DNA of 63,383 nucleotides, counting the filler, from an uncultured Methanosarcinales archaeon (GTDB taxonomy: Archaea > Nanobdellota > Nanobdellia > Woesearchaeales > CAYXTQ01): assembly GCA_964608065.1 (NCBI GenBank). It is 3 parts of 3 records of this genome, joined end to end, with 100 filler letters (N's around TTAATTAATTAA, not from the genome) between each part and the next. Parts side by side here need not be neighbours in the genome. Positions count along the whole stretch, not along the records: positions 1 to 22,070 come from CAZSMA010000012.1; positions 22,171 to 43,828 come from CAZSMA010000013.1; 1 more part is not named here. The stretch is one strand, 5' to 3'. The notes beneath the pieces were generated by a model, which saw nothing but the letters and a program-made list of their open reading frames with translations, was not told the origin of the DNA and did not search any database. Positions 18,614 through 28,393 of this stretch are shown in pieces. Positions within the stretch are counted from its first letter, which is position 1. Every line of letters starts with the position of its first letter. The translations under genes were made by a program, and so were the position numbers.

Positions 18614-20509
18614 TTACTTAACCCTAACAGTCTCTAAATTCCTTGGAGCTGTTGTTTCAATCCTGTCTGCTTTATGTATAGAACTAGCTAAATCTAAACA
18701 TCTTGAGTTCTCACCATGATTTACAATGACCTTTTTAGGCTTTGGGTTGCATCTATAAACAAAATTCATCAATTCTTTTCTTCCACTATGGCCTGTAAAC
18801 CCTTCAATAGTATTAATTTCCATTCTCAAAGGCATCACTTCCTGTTTCTGACCAGATCCAAAAATAATCTCTTTTTCTCCCCTTTGGATTCTTCTACCTA
18901 ATGAACCTTCTCCCTGATAACATACAAACACTAAACTGTTATTTGGATTATCACCTAAATGCTTTAGATACTCTACACTTGGACCTCCAACTAGCATACC
19001 TGATGTTGCCATTATCACACAAGGCCCACCCTCCTCTATAATTTCCATCCTTTCTTTCTGGCTTCCAACTCTTTTAAAACATTCTGATAAGAACGGATTT
19101 TGGTCTCTATGGAAAATCAATCTTCTAACACTGTTATTCAGATATTCTGGATAAGCTGTATGTATTGCAGTAACATCCCATACCATTCCATCTACAAAAA
19201 CAGGAATATCTTTAAATACTCCTTTCCTCATCATATTTTCAACTATCAACAAAACTTCCTGCGCTCTTCCTACTCCCAGAACAGGAACTAAAACTTTTCC
19301 TTTTCTTTTTATTGTCTTTTCTATAATGCTTTCAAATAATTCATCACACTCTCTTTTTGGCGGAAGCACATTATCCCTGCCACCATAAGTCCCTTCAATT
19401 ATCAAAGTCTCTAATCTTGGAAAGCTTGTTACAGCAGGCTCTAATAAATGTGTTCTTCCATATTTCATATCACCTGTATAAAGAAGATTATGCAATCCAT
19501 TTCCAATATGCATGTGAACCATGCTGCTTCCTAAAATATGGCCTGCATTATACAAAGTGATCCTCACATCAGGAGTTACATCAGTTACTTCATCATATTG
19601 CAGACATATTGTATGTTTTACCATCTCTTTAATTTCATCAGAAGTATAAATTGGCTCTTTACCTTCACTCCTCTGGATCTTAACCAGATCTAATTGAAGT
19701 AAAGCCATGACATCTCTTGTAGGAGCAGTACAATAAACAGGGCCCTTATAACCATATTTAAATAAATAAGGGACAAATCCAGAATGATCTAAATGAGCGT
19801 GACTTACAATAACAGCATCTAAATCTTTAATATTAAATTCAGGAGCATCTAAATAAGGATACGCATCCTGGCCAGTTGTAGCAACATTAATTCCGCAATC
19901 TAATAACACCCTTGATTCAGGGGTCTGCAAAAACAAACAACTTCTTCCTACCTGCCTGCCCCCTCCTAAAAAACTCAATCTTACCCATTCATGCTTTTTC
20001 TCTCTGATCCATCCATCATATATCCTATGCCCTGTTTTATCCAGAAATTTTCTTCTGTAATCCGAATTCTGATAAAGAACAGCTCTGGTATTCTCAATTA
20101 TCTTTGATTTTATAGCAGGAGTCCTTCTTATTAAAGGAACCCACAGGGTTTTATTCCTTATCTCCCTTAATACTGCTCCTTGCTTTCCAATAGCTAATCC
20201 TGGCTTCTCAGCCTCAATTATAACCCTACTTCTTTGAGTATCAAAAATAATGTCAGCAACACCAGCTTCTTTTGGTATTATCTTATTCATCTCTTTTTTA
20301 GCTTTTTCCATATCCATAGCAATACTAGGATCTGGCCTTAGCTCAACTCTTTTCTTTATACTGTCAACTACTTGTTTTATTAATCCATTATTATCCATGA
20401 AAAAATCTTTATCCTTTGTATACAATACAATATTAGCTCCTTCGAAACAAGCTTCACTTATTTTTTTCTCTGGTAATTGTTTTAGAACTTCTTTTATTAT
20501 GTCAGTCAT
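18614..20509 (-). CDS. fttA: Archaeal CPSF1/FttA beta-CASP ribonuclease (transcription termination factor)
   Basis: Two KH domains (KPGLAIGKQG), SHAHLDHSG, AGHILGS, GFTGHS, NHGE. Confidence 0.96.
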   Translation of the reverse strand: MTDIIKEVLKQLPEKKISEACFEGANIVLYTKDKDFFMDNNGLIKQVVDSIKKRVELRPDPSIAMDMEKAKKEMNKIIPKEAGVADIIFDTQRSRVIIEAEKPGLAIGKQGAVLREIRNKTLWVPLIRRTPAIKSKIIENTRAVLYQNSDYRRKFLDKTGHRIYDGWIREKKHEWVRLSFLGGGRQVGRSCLFLQTPESRVLLDCGINVATTGQDAYPYLDAPEFNIKDLDAVIVSHAHLDHSGFVPYLFKYGYKGPVYCTAPTRDVMALLQLDLVKIQRSEGKEPIYTSDEIKEMVKHTICLQYDEVTDVTPDVRITLYNAGHILGSSMVHMHIGNGLHNLLYTGDMKYGRTHLLEPAVTSFPRLETLIIEGTYGGRDNVLPPKRECDELFESIIEKTIKRKGKVLVPVLGVGRAQEVLLIVENMMRKGVFKDIPVFVDGMVWDVTAIHTAYPEYLNNSVRRLIFHRDQNPFLSECFKRVGSQKERMEIIEEGGPCVIMATSGMLVGGPSVEYLKHLGDNPNNSLVFVCYQGEGSLGRRIQRGEKEIIFGSGQKQEVMPLRMEINTIEGFTGHSGRKELMNFVYRCNPKPKKVIVNHGENSRCLDLASSIHKADRIETTAPRNLETVRVK

Positions 20510-20543
20510 CAGAATTTACCTTTTTGTTGAATTTATAATTTAT

Positions 20544-21182
20544 TTAAATCTGGACCTTAAAACTAAGGTCTCTTTCTAATACATTCTTAACTCCATCTTT
20601 AGTTATGGCAAAAACATCTATTCCAGAACCTGAAGCTGAATCTCTCTGCAAAGCTGCATTTATACATTTTACACCTAGTTTTACAGCTTCATCTACAGTC
20701 ATATCTTTCTTGAATAATGTTTCTAAAACTCCATAAGCCATAACTGAACCTGAGCCAGAACCAATAAAATCATCTACTTCTACTATAGAACCATCTGGGC
20801 TTAGATCAAATATGTGAAAACCCGATTTGTCTTTCCCCCCTAGAACAAAGTGGCTTATTCCAGGAATCATGCTCATCTTTCTTATATTATTATAAACCAT
20901 TCTTCCTAATAAATTAGCAGCTTCTTTTGCAGTTGGCTCCTGCCCTGTTCTTATCTTTTTTAATCTTAACTCAGCTTGTATGTACTTTACCAATAACTGC
21001 ACATCACTTACCATTCCTGCTGTAGTAACTGCTATATTGTCTGTTATTTTAAGAATCTTAGCCATATTTTTATTAGCTATAAAATTTCCAGCAGTTGCTC
21101 TTCTGTCTGCAGCTAAAATAATGCCATCTTTACAAACTATTCCTACTGTGGTTGTACCAGTTTTCAAATATTCATCTTTCAT
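20544..21182 (-). CDS. psmB: Proteasome beta subunit
   Basis: KTG|TTTVG autocleavage site, AADRR, GSGS, RDSASG; conserved archaeal psmB-aCPSF1 synteny. Confidence 0.96.
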   Translation of the reverse strand: MKDEYLKTGTTTVGIVCKDGIILAADRRATAGNFIANKNMAKILKITDNIAVTTAGMVSDVQLLVKYIQAELRLKKIRTGQEPTAKEAANLLGRMVYNNIRKMSMIPGISHFVLGGKDKSGFHIFDLSPDGSIVEVDDFIGSGSGSVMAYGVLETLFKKDMTVDEAVKLGVKCINAALQRDSASGSGIDVFAITKDGVKNVLERDLSFKVQI

Positions 21183-21363
21183 TTTTAGAATTCCTCTTTC
21201 AGAATTATATCATTAAGGATATATAAGCCCTATATAAAGTTTTCGGAAATGTTTATTTATTTTCTATATTGAAAGTAAATAATATAATATTAGATTGAAA
21301 TTGTTTAATTATTATTTATTATATTGATGTTTTATATTGAATTCAGAAAAATAAAAAAAAAAT

Positions 21364-22068
21364 TTACTTCTTGAACAATCTTACTAAGACTAAGATTCCG
21401 ATTAAGATCACTACAATGTATGCTGCTACTATCAATGCTAGTCCATATTTGTCCCAGAATGTTTCTTCCTGTGTTATGATTACTGGTGGTGTTACTACTT
21501 CCTCTTCCTCAGGAATTATTACTTCAACTTCTTCTTCCTCTTCCTCAGGTTCTTCAACAACTGGACAAGGTTCTACTACTAAGTCTACTTTCTTTGTATC
21601 TTCTAGTCTGTCTGTGCTATAGTAAACTTTGACTTCAATTGGATATGTTCCTGCTGCTAAAGTTTCTGAAACATCTATAACATAAGATTCTCTGAATCTT
21701 GCGTCATCATCATCTCCAGCATCTATTTCTAGTTCTTCTTTTTTGTTGAAGTTAAGATCACTGTTCTTTAATGTTACAACAACCTCTTCCTCATCTTCTG
21801 AACCGATGTTGATAACATCTAAATCCAAGGTAGCATCTTTTCCACAGCTGACTGTTTCTGGTGTTAATAGTGCTTTGTTAATAACTAATGCATGAGTTTC
21901 TTTCTTCACTTCAAGCTCAATTGTCCAGCTGAAATCTGGGTCTGGGCTTGTTCTATTCTCATCGTTTCCTTCAACTTCTATTAAAACATCAAAAGTGCCT
22001 TCATCTACAATTAATGGAATTTTAAAATCTATTGTTGCTGTCTTATCTTTACCTGCTCTTATCTTTGA
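21364..22068 (-). CDS. Putative S-layer/CARDB-like cell-surface protein, C-terminal part (5' end lost at contig end)
   Basis: Frame stays open upstream of the ORF-track start up to the gap (..KIPLIVDEGTFDVLIEVEG..); Ig-like strands, Glu/Pro linker, C-terminal TM plus KK. Confidence 0.65.
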   Translation of the reverse strand, partial: SKIRAGKDKTATIDFKIPLIVDEGTFDVLIEVEGNDENRTSPDPDFSWTIELEVKKETHALVINKALLTPETVSCGKDATLDLDVINIGSEDEEEVVVTLKNSDLNFNKKEELEIDAGDDDDARFRESYVIDVSETLAAGTYPIEVKVYYSTDRLEDTKKVDLVVEPCPVVEEPEEEEEEVEVIIPEEEEVVTPPVIITQEETFWDKYGLALIVAAYIVVILIGILVLVRLFKK

Positions 22069-22070
22069 TA

Positions 22071-22170
22071 NNNNNNNNNNNNNNNNNNNNNNNNNNNNNN
22101 NNNNNNNNNNNNNNTTAATTAATTAANNNNNNNNNNNNNNNNNNNNNNNNNNNNNNNNNNNNNNNNNNNN
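22071..22170. other. Artificial contig linker N44-TTAATTAATTAA-N44
   Basis: Six-frame stop linker at 22115-22126 flanked by Ns. Confidence 0.97.
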
Positions 22171-22290
22171 AATAAAAAAGGTTTTGTAACACATCCAGTC
22201 ACTTTATTTATATTTGGAGTTATAGTTGGCATTGCCTTAATAGTTCTGATTATAAAAGGAGTAATCAACATTAACTTAGGTCTTTGCTGA
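22171..22290 (+). CDS. Short class III signal peptide (pilin-like) protein, start lost in gap
   Basis: NKKG|FVTHPVTLFIFGVIVGIALIVLIIKGVININLGLC*: KKG motif followed by a hydrophobic helix. Confidence 0.5.
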   Translation, partial: NKKGFVTHPVTLFIFGVIVGIALIVLIIKGVININLGLC

Positions 22291-22291
22291 T

Positions 22292-22341
22292 CCAACGAAG
22301 TTGGTGCCGAAAATCTGTGATTTTCGAGCATTTTTTCTTTT
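22292..22341 (+). terminator. Hairpins plus T-tract between convergent genes
   Basis: CCAAC-gaa-GTTGG and TGC-CGAAAATC-tgt-GATTTTCG-a-GCA followed by TTTTTTCTTTT. Confidence 0.5.
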
Positions 22342-23556
22342 CTACAAAACAAAAAACAAAATAACAGGCAGCAACAAACAACCCATTGAATGAGTTCTTT
22401 TAACACCTAATGAAGGAGCAATTATACCAATAGAAGTAGATGTGATTAATATTAACAAGCCAGTCCATGAAGAAAGGATTATTACTAATAAAACTATTAA
22501 AGAGATAACACCAATAATTAACATGTTATAGTTTACTTTATTTATCATTCTTGAAAAGATTTTACTCAGATTCAAAGCTAAATAAGTTGCTATAGAGCCT
22601 GTAATCAAAGCAGCTGCTACTAAAACAATTAATTCTGTTAGGGAAATTGATTTTATTATTTCCATAACAGCAACAATTGCTCCATTACGTGCTTTTTGTA
22701 AAGTATAAAAAGTTACTAAGCTAAAAAGAAAATTTACAGTGTTAATCCCTCCAATCAAAACCATAAAAGCATACATCCCTATGTTGCCAACAAACTGCAT
22801 TGCAATAACAGCTGCCTGCGCTGCTCCTAATCCTGGAAACAATCCTGTTAAAGAGCCAGAAAAAACAGCTGCTGAGATTGCTTTAAATTTATTTTTTTTA
22901 GATATGCTTATTGTTTCAGTTATTTTTTGTTCTGGTAATAAAACTTTTTGGTTTAAGGAAATTAATAAGACACTAACTCCAAATAATCCAGATAAAAGAG
23001 GAAATAAAGGCTGTTTTAAGTTAGGCATTGTCAGAACAATCATCCCTAAAATTCCTGATAAAGAAAAAACAATAAAACTGCCAAATATTTTTTTAATCTT
23101 TTTTTCTATTAATATCATGTATAGGACAATTGCGATTAAAATATAGCCTATGTATGGTTGAAGTAATTTGTAGATCAAAGGAGCTAATGGAATCATCAAT
23201 GGAATTAAGACAACACATGCTATTAATGAGAGTAATGAGCCAATAACTGTTAATTTTACAGCTTCATAACCTTTACCTTCCATCAATAATCTATGACCTG
23301 GTAAGACAGCTAAAGCCATGTCTGCGTCAGGGGCTCCTAGGAAAACAGAAGGTATTGAGTCAAGGAAAGTATGGGTAATGCTCATTGCAATAACAAAGAC
23401 TGCTAATATTAAAGGAGAGGTAAATCCTAACAAATAACCTGAAATACTTATTAAAACAATGGAGATAAGGTTGACATGTATTCCTGGAATAAGGCCTGTA
23501 ATAATCCCGGCGGACACACCAGCTAATATTGCTATTAAGATTTGTAAGAATATCAA
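22342..23556 (-). CDS. Tripartite tricarboxylate transporter TctA-family permease (archaeal type)
   Basis: GLIPGIHVN, FLDSIPSVFLGAPD, VLPGH, PGLG internal repeat; many TMs. Confidence 0.85.
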   Translation of the reverse strand: MIFLQILIAILAGVSAGIITGLIPGIHVNLISIVLISISGYLLGFTSPLILAVFVIAMSITHTFLDSIPSVFLGAPDADMALAVLPGHRLLMEGKGYEAVKLTVIGSLLSLIACVVLIPLMIPLAPLIYKLLQPYIGYILIAIVLYMILIEKKIKKIFGSFIVFSLSGILGMIVLTMPNLKQPLFPLLSGLFGVSVLLISLNQKVLLPEQKITETISISKKNKFKAISAAVFSGSLTGLFPGLGAAQAAVIAMQFVGNIGMYAFMVLIGGINTVNFLFSLVTFYTLQKARNGAIVAVMEIIKSISLTELIVLVAAALITGSIATYLALNLSKIFSRMINKVNYNMLIIGVISLIVLLVIILSSWTGLLILITSTSIGIIAPSLGVKRTHSMGCLLLPVILFFVL

Positions 23557-23900
23557 TCTAACACCCTTATTCTTTGTGCTATCACCTCTAGTTCACCTTC
23601 ATATTCGTCAATTTCTCCAATAACTTCTATATTGTCGCCTTTGTATAAACTTAAATTTTCATCTTTGAATACAATAATAGTCATTTTGGCAGGCTGCTCT
23701 AATTCTATAAATGCTACTTTGTCTAATTGAGTTATTTTAGAAATAATTCCTTTTAATTTAACATCTTCTTCAATATTAGCTTTATTTATCTTGTCAATGT
23801 TTGTTTCATTAATTTCTAAATTATCTGAAATTATGAATAGAATGATTATTCCTATAATTCCTGAGATTAATGCTATTTTTAGTATGTTTTTTTCTTTCAT
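23553..23900 (-). CDS. Membrane-anchored OB-fold protein
   Basis: N-terminal TM; VKLKGII..GDNIEVIGEIDEYEGELEVIA OB-fold pattern. Confidence 0.75.
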   Translation of the reverse strand: MKEKNILKIALISGIIGIIILFIISDNLEINETNIDKINKANIEEDVKLKGIISKITQLDKVAFIELEQPAKMTIIVFKDENLSLYKGDNIEVIGEIDEYEGELEVIAQRIRVLD

Positions 23901-24006
23901 TAAAGGTTGAGATTACTTTTGGTTTTAAGAAGTTTTCTATTAAATGTTTGTAATTACAGTTTCAAACACAAACTTTTTAAATAAAACTATATTACAGCAG
24001 GTTCTA

Positions 24007-25893
24007 ATGGCAGAATTAAAGTTTAAGTCAACTAAAGACATAAAGATTAGTCCTAATATTGCAGACCAGGTTATTGGCCAGGATATTGCTGTTAAAGTAA
24101 TCAGGAAAGCAGCAGAACAAAGAAGACATGTTTTATTGATTGGAGAGCCAGGAACTGGAAAATCTATGCTGGGATTAGCTATAGCAGAATTATTGCCAAA
24201 GGAAAAATTAGTTGACTTAGTCTCTTTTCCAAACCCAAATGATGAAAACGCTCCTTTGATAAGATCTGTTTCTGCTGGTCAGGGCAGGGATATAATAGCC
24301 AAAGCAAGAGTACAAGGCTCACAGGTTTTTAAAAATCAAAACATTCTAATGATGGTATTAGTTCTTATTGCTCTAATAGCACCTTACTGGATATGGAGGG
24401 CTAATATATTCGAATTAGGAGAAACAGCTAATGCAATAGTTTATGCAGCTTCAATGGTCACATTTATTATTGTAGCAATAGGATTTTTATTTTCAATGTC
24501 TGTTGGAAAAAGGATGGGTGGAAACTCAAAAGTCAGTGTTCCAAAACTAATTGTCGATAATTTCAAGAAAAAACAAGCACCTTTTTTTGATGCAACAGGG
24601 GCGCATGCTGGAGCACTTCTCGGCGATGTACTTCATGACCCCTTCCAATCAGGAGGATTAGGAACTCCAGCGCATGAAAGAGTAGTTGCAGGAATGATCC
24701 ATAAGGCGAACAAAGGAGTTTTATTTGTTGATGAAATTGCAACTTTACAACCACACACACAACAAGAGTTATTGTCATCTTTACAAGAAAGAAAATTCTC
24801 AATAACAGGACAAAGTGAACGTTCTGCTGGAGCAATGGTCAGAACAGAAGCAGTTCCTTGCGATTTTATCTTAGTTGCAGCAGGCAATTATGAAACAGTA
24901 AAAAATATGCATCCTGCTTTAAGATCCAGGATAAGAGGATATGGTTATGAAGTATATATGAAAGAAACAATAAAAGATACGCCTGAAAACAGAAATAAAT
25001 TAGCAATTTTTGTTGCACAGGAGATTGTCAAAGACAAAAAGATTCCCCACTTTTCAAAAGAAGCAGTAGATGCTATTATTGAAGAAGCCCAAAGAAGAGC
25101 AGACAGAAAAGGACACTTAACTTTAAGATTAAGAGACTTAGGAGGACTGATAAGAGCTGCTGGAGATTTAGCTCTTGAACAAAAATCAAAATTAGTTATG
25201 AGATTTCATGTTATGGAAGCAAAGAATATAGCAAGAACATTAGAACAGCAGATTGCTGATAAATATATTGAGCAGAAAAAAGAATACCAGGTTATAGTCA
25301 CAACTGGAAATAAAGTAGGAAGAGTTAATGGTTTAGCAGTTTTAGGGGGAACACCACCTTTTTCCGGAATTATATTGCCTATTGAATCAGCAGTAACACC
25401 CGGTGGTAAAGAAAGAGAGATTGTAGCTACAGGAAAACTTGGAGATATAGCAAAAGAAGCAATAAAAAACGTTGCAGCTATAATCAAAAAATATTTTGGA
25501 GAAGATCTAAGAGAGAAGTATGATGTATATGTTCAGTTCCTGCAAACTTATGAAGGTGTTGAAGGAGATTCAGCTTCTATAGCAGTTGCTGCATCTATTA
25601 TATCCGCTTTCAAACAAATACCTGTAAGGCAAGACACTGCAATGACTGGATCATTATCTGTTAGAGGAGATGTATTACCAATTGGAGGAGTTATTGCTAA
25701 GATTGAAGCTGCAATTGAAGCTGGAGTCAAAAGAGTTATTATCCCTAAATCTAATCTTAAAGATATTGTTATTGGTGCTGATAAATTAAAGAAAGTTAAA
25801 ATCATTCCTGTTGAAAGCATAGAAGAAGTTCTGAAAGAAGCTTTAGTCTGGAAAGGAAAAGAAAGTGTATTGAAGAAGATTGTTAGAGGATAA
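24007..25893 (+). CDS. lonB: Membrane-bound ATP-dependent Lon protease (LonB)
   Basis: Walker [11 protein letters not shown] insert, Walker B VLFVDE, EGDSAS catalytic Ser, IGGVIAK Lys; start moved to MAELK because TATA lies at 23974-23983. Confidence 0.95.
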   Translation: MAELKFKSTKDIKISPNIADQVIGQDIAVKVIRKAAEQRRHVLLIGEPGTGKSMLGLAIAELLPKEKLVDLVSFPNPNDENAPLIRSVSAGQGRDIIAKARVQGSQVFKNQNILMMVLVLIALIAPYWIWRANIFELGETANAIVYAASMVTFIIVAIGFLFSMSVGKRMGGNSKVSVPKLIVDNFKKKQAPFFDATGAHAGALLGDVLHDPFQSGGLGTPAHERVVAGMIHKANKGVLFVDEIATLQPHTQQELLSSLQERKFSITGQSERSAGAMVRTEAVPCDFILVAAGNYETVKNMHPALRSRIRGYGYEVYMKETIKDTPENRNKLAIFVAQEIVKDKKIPHFSKEAVDAIIEEAQRRADRKGHLTLRLRDLGGLIRAAGDLALEQKSKLVMRFHVMEAKNIARTLEQQIADKYIEQKKEYQVIVTTGNKVGRVNGLAVLGGTPPFSGIILPIESAVTPGGKEREIVATGKLGDIAKEAIKNVAAIIKKYFGEDLREKYDVYVQFLQTYEGVEGDSASIAVAASIISAFKQIPVRQDTAMTGSLSVRGDVLPIGGVIAKIEAAIEAGVKRVIIPKSNLKDIVIGADKLKKVKIIPVESIEEVLKEALVWKGKESVLKKIVRG

Positions 25894-25934
25894 AAACATA
25901 AACTTTATAAACAATTTAAACTGATTTCTTTACT

Positions 25935-26204
25935 ATGGTAATAAAAGATATACACGAAGTAAAAGAATGTCCTGAATGTGCTAGTATGAACGTTGTTTAC
26001 AACGAAAGCAAAGAACAGGTGATATGCAAAGACTGTGGATTAATCTATGAACCCTTAATACTAGGAGAAGAAGAAAAGTTTGAAAGAGTAAGCGGAATAT
26101 TTAACAAAGCAAAGCAATTACTGAAAAGAAAGAGAAAAAAAATAAAGAAACCTAAGAAAAAGAAAGGAAAAAAGAAGAAAACAGTAAAGAAAAAGAAGAA
26201 GTAA
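25935..26204 (+). CDS. TFIIB-type zinc-ribbon protein with Lys-rich tail
   Basis: CPECAS-x-ICKDCGLIYE; C-terminus mostly Lys; TATA 25904-25911. Confidence 0.75.
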   Translation: MVIKDIHEVKECPECASMNVVYNESKEQVICKDCGLIYEPLILGEEEKFERVSGIFNKAKQLLKRKRKKIKKPKKKKGKKKKTVKKKKK

Positions 26205-26269
26205 AAGCACATTAGACTGTTTCTATATATCTTGCTCTATAAATTAAAAACAACAAACTTTTTAAACAA

Positions 26270-26409
26270 CGGAATTCCACCAATCTATAATCGATGGAAT
26301 GAGTAGTGCTCAAAAACCATCCACTATTGGTAGAATTCCGAGAATCAAAAACCGCCTGAAAGTGGGGCTAATAAAATCATGCCACCTATATTTGAAAGGC
26401 GGTTTTTGA
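26270..26409 (+). promoter_or_regulatory. Structured 5' leader of thrS (two long stem-loops)
   Basis: CGGAATTC..CCAAT..GATGG..TGAG-tagtg-CTCA..CCATC..ATTGG..GAATTCCG (26270-26340); perfect 13-bp IR TCAAAAACCGCCT/AGGCGGTTTTTGA (26345-26357, 26397-26409). Confidence 0.6.
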
Positions 26410-26435
26410 CAGATAGCAATTTTAAGAACTATAAA

Positions 26436-28343
26436 ATGTCAAAAATCAAAGTAACTATTGATGGAAAACAAAAAGAATACCAAAAAGGAATAACAGCTTT
26501 AGAGATAGTCAAAGACTTAAAGAAAGAAAAAGAAGCAATAGTAGCTAAGACAGATAAAGGATTTGTTGATTTAAGCACAAAAATAAACAAAGACACTGAA
26601 TTCAAAGTCATAACATTCAAAGATACTGAAGGTAAAAAAGTATTCTGGCACAGCGCATCCCACCTTATGACACAAGCCGTTTTAAGGATATTTAAAAATC
26701 AGAATATTGGTTTGGGTGTAGGCACAGCCACAGATGACGGCTATTATCAGGATTATGATATAAAAAATATACATTCTGATGATTTAAAAAGAATTGAGAA
26801 AGAAATGAAAAAAATTGTTCATGAAAAATTAGATATTACTCAAAAAGATATCACAAAAAAGAAAGCACTTGAATTTTACAAAAAAGATCCTTATAAGATT
26901 GAACTGGCTAACGCTGTTCCAGGTGAGAATGTAAGCATGTATTCACAGGGTGAGTTTGATAACTTATGTAAAGGCCCACATGTTCCAAACACATCTTATA
27001 TCAAATCTTTCAAATTAATGAAAATAGCAGGAGCTTATTGGAGAGGAGATTCAAATAATAAGATGCTTACAAGAATTTATGGTATAGCATTCCCAGATAA
27101 AACAGAATTAAAAGAATATTTACATTTACTGGAAGAAGCAGAAAAAAGAGACCATAGAAAATTAGGCAAACAATTAGATCTATTCTCTATACACGAAGAA
27201 GCTCCTGGAATGCCATTCTTCCACAACAAAGGAACACACATCTATAACAAGTTAACTGAGTTTATGAGATTCCAATTAGAAAAGAGAAATTATGAGGAAA
27301 ATAAAACTCCAATAATATTAAACAAGGATTTATGGTTGAGGTCAGGCCATTGGGATCATTATAAGGAAAATATGTATTTTACTAAAATTGATGACAAAGA
27401 CTTTGCTGTAAAGCCAATGAACTGCCCAGGCAATCTATTAATCTATAAATCAAAAGCACACTCTTACAGAGACTTGCCTCTAAAGGCAGGAGAATTTGGA
27501 TTAGTACATAGACATGAACTATCTGGTGTTTTATCAGGACTTTTCAGAGTAAGGGTCTTCACACAAGATGATGCACATGTTTTCTGCACAGAAGAACAAC
27601 TGCAGGACCAAATAATTGAACTTATAGAATTAGTTGATGAAGTTTATTCTACATTTGATTTCAAGTATGATATTGAACTATCAACAAGGCCAGAAAAAGC
27701 TATGGGAGATAAAAAATTGTGGGATAAAGCAGAATCTGCTTTACAAAAAGCATTAGAAAAAAAGAAATTAAAATACAAGATCAATGAAGGAGAAGGAGCT
27801 TTCTATGGCCCTAAGATTGATTATCATATTAAAGATGCAATTGGAAGAAGCTGGCAATGCGGCACAATCCAGGTTGATTTCTCAATGCCAGAGAAATTTG
27901 ATTTAACTTATCAGGCTAAAGATGGAAAAAAACACAGGCCTGTAATGCTTCACAGAGCTATTTACGGAAGTATAGAAAGATTCTTAGGGATATTAATAGA
28001 ACATTTTGCTGGAAAATTCCCATTATGGATAGCTCCAGTCCATGCTCGTGTGTTAACTATTACAAATAGCTTTGATAAATATGGAGAAGAAATTGCAAAA
28101 AAGCTTGAAAAGGATTTAATTGTTGAAAGAGATTACAGAGCAGAATCTTTAGGCTATAAAATAAGAGAAGCTCAATCAAAGAAAATCCCTTTAATAATAA
28201 TTGTTGGAGAAAAAGAACAGCAAAACAAAACAATAGCAGTAAGGACATTGGATAATAAAGTCCATTATGGTGTAAAAACAGAAGATTTACTGAAAAAAGT
28301 TCTAAAGAATATTGAGGATAAGGAAGTTGGGTTTGGGATGTGA
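26436..28343 (+). CDS. thrS: Threonyl-tRNA synthetase, bacterial type (TGS plus HxxxH editing domain)
   Basis: WHSASHL, LCKGPH, RDHRKLG, KPMNCP, HRHE, FYGPKID, HRAIYGSIERF; start at MSKIK. Confidence 0.96.
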   Translation: MSKIKVTIDGKQKEYQKGITALEIVKDLKKEKEAIVAKTDKGFVDLSTKINKDTEFKVITFKDTEGKKVFWHSASHLMTQAVLRIFKNQNIGLGVGTATDDGYYQDYDIKNIHSDDLKRIEKEMKKIVHEKLDITQKDITKKKALEFYKKDPYKIELANAVPGENVSMYSQGEFDNLCKGPHVPNTSYIKSFKLMKIAGAYWRGDSNNKMLTRIYGIAFPDKTELKEYLHLLEEAEKRDHRKLGKQLDLFSIHEEAPGMPFFHNKGTHIYNKLTEFMRFQLEKRNYEENKTPIILNKDLWLRSGHWDHYKENMYFTKIDDKDFAVKPMNCPGNLLIYKSKAHSYRDLPLKAGEFGLVHRHELSGVLSGLFRVRVFTQDDAHVFCTEEQLQDQIIELIELVDEVYSTFDFKYDIELSTRPEKAMGDKKLWDKAESALQKALEKKKLKYKINEGEGAFYGPKIDYHIKDAIGRSWQCGTIQVDFSMPEKFDLTYQAKDGKKHRPVMLHRAIYGSIERFLGILIEHFAGKFPLWIAPVHARVLTITNSFDKYGEEIAKKLEKDLIVERDYRAESLGYKIREAQSKKIPLIIIVGEKEQQNKTIAVRTLDNKVHYGVKTEDLLKKVLKNIEDKEVGFGM

Positions 28344-28393
28344 GTTCTAATATTACAGAAAAATTTATATATCTTAAATTCTAAATCCAAGTT

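Noticed and set aside
22071..22170. TTAATTAATTAA palindrome within Ns (also at 43829-43928)
   Set aside because: Artificial six-frame-stop contig linker, not biological; gene adjacency across it means nothing.
23944..24006. N-terminal extension of LonB in the ORF track (similarly thrS 26379-26435 and mscS 6571-6582)
   Set aside because: The extensions run through a TATA box, the TATA-to-start spacer or leader hairpins; the downstream ATGs fit better.
26270..26435. T-box riboswitch upstream of thrS
   Set aside because: No T-box antiterminator consensus (UGGNACC bulge) or recognisable stem I motifs.
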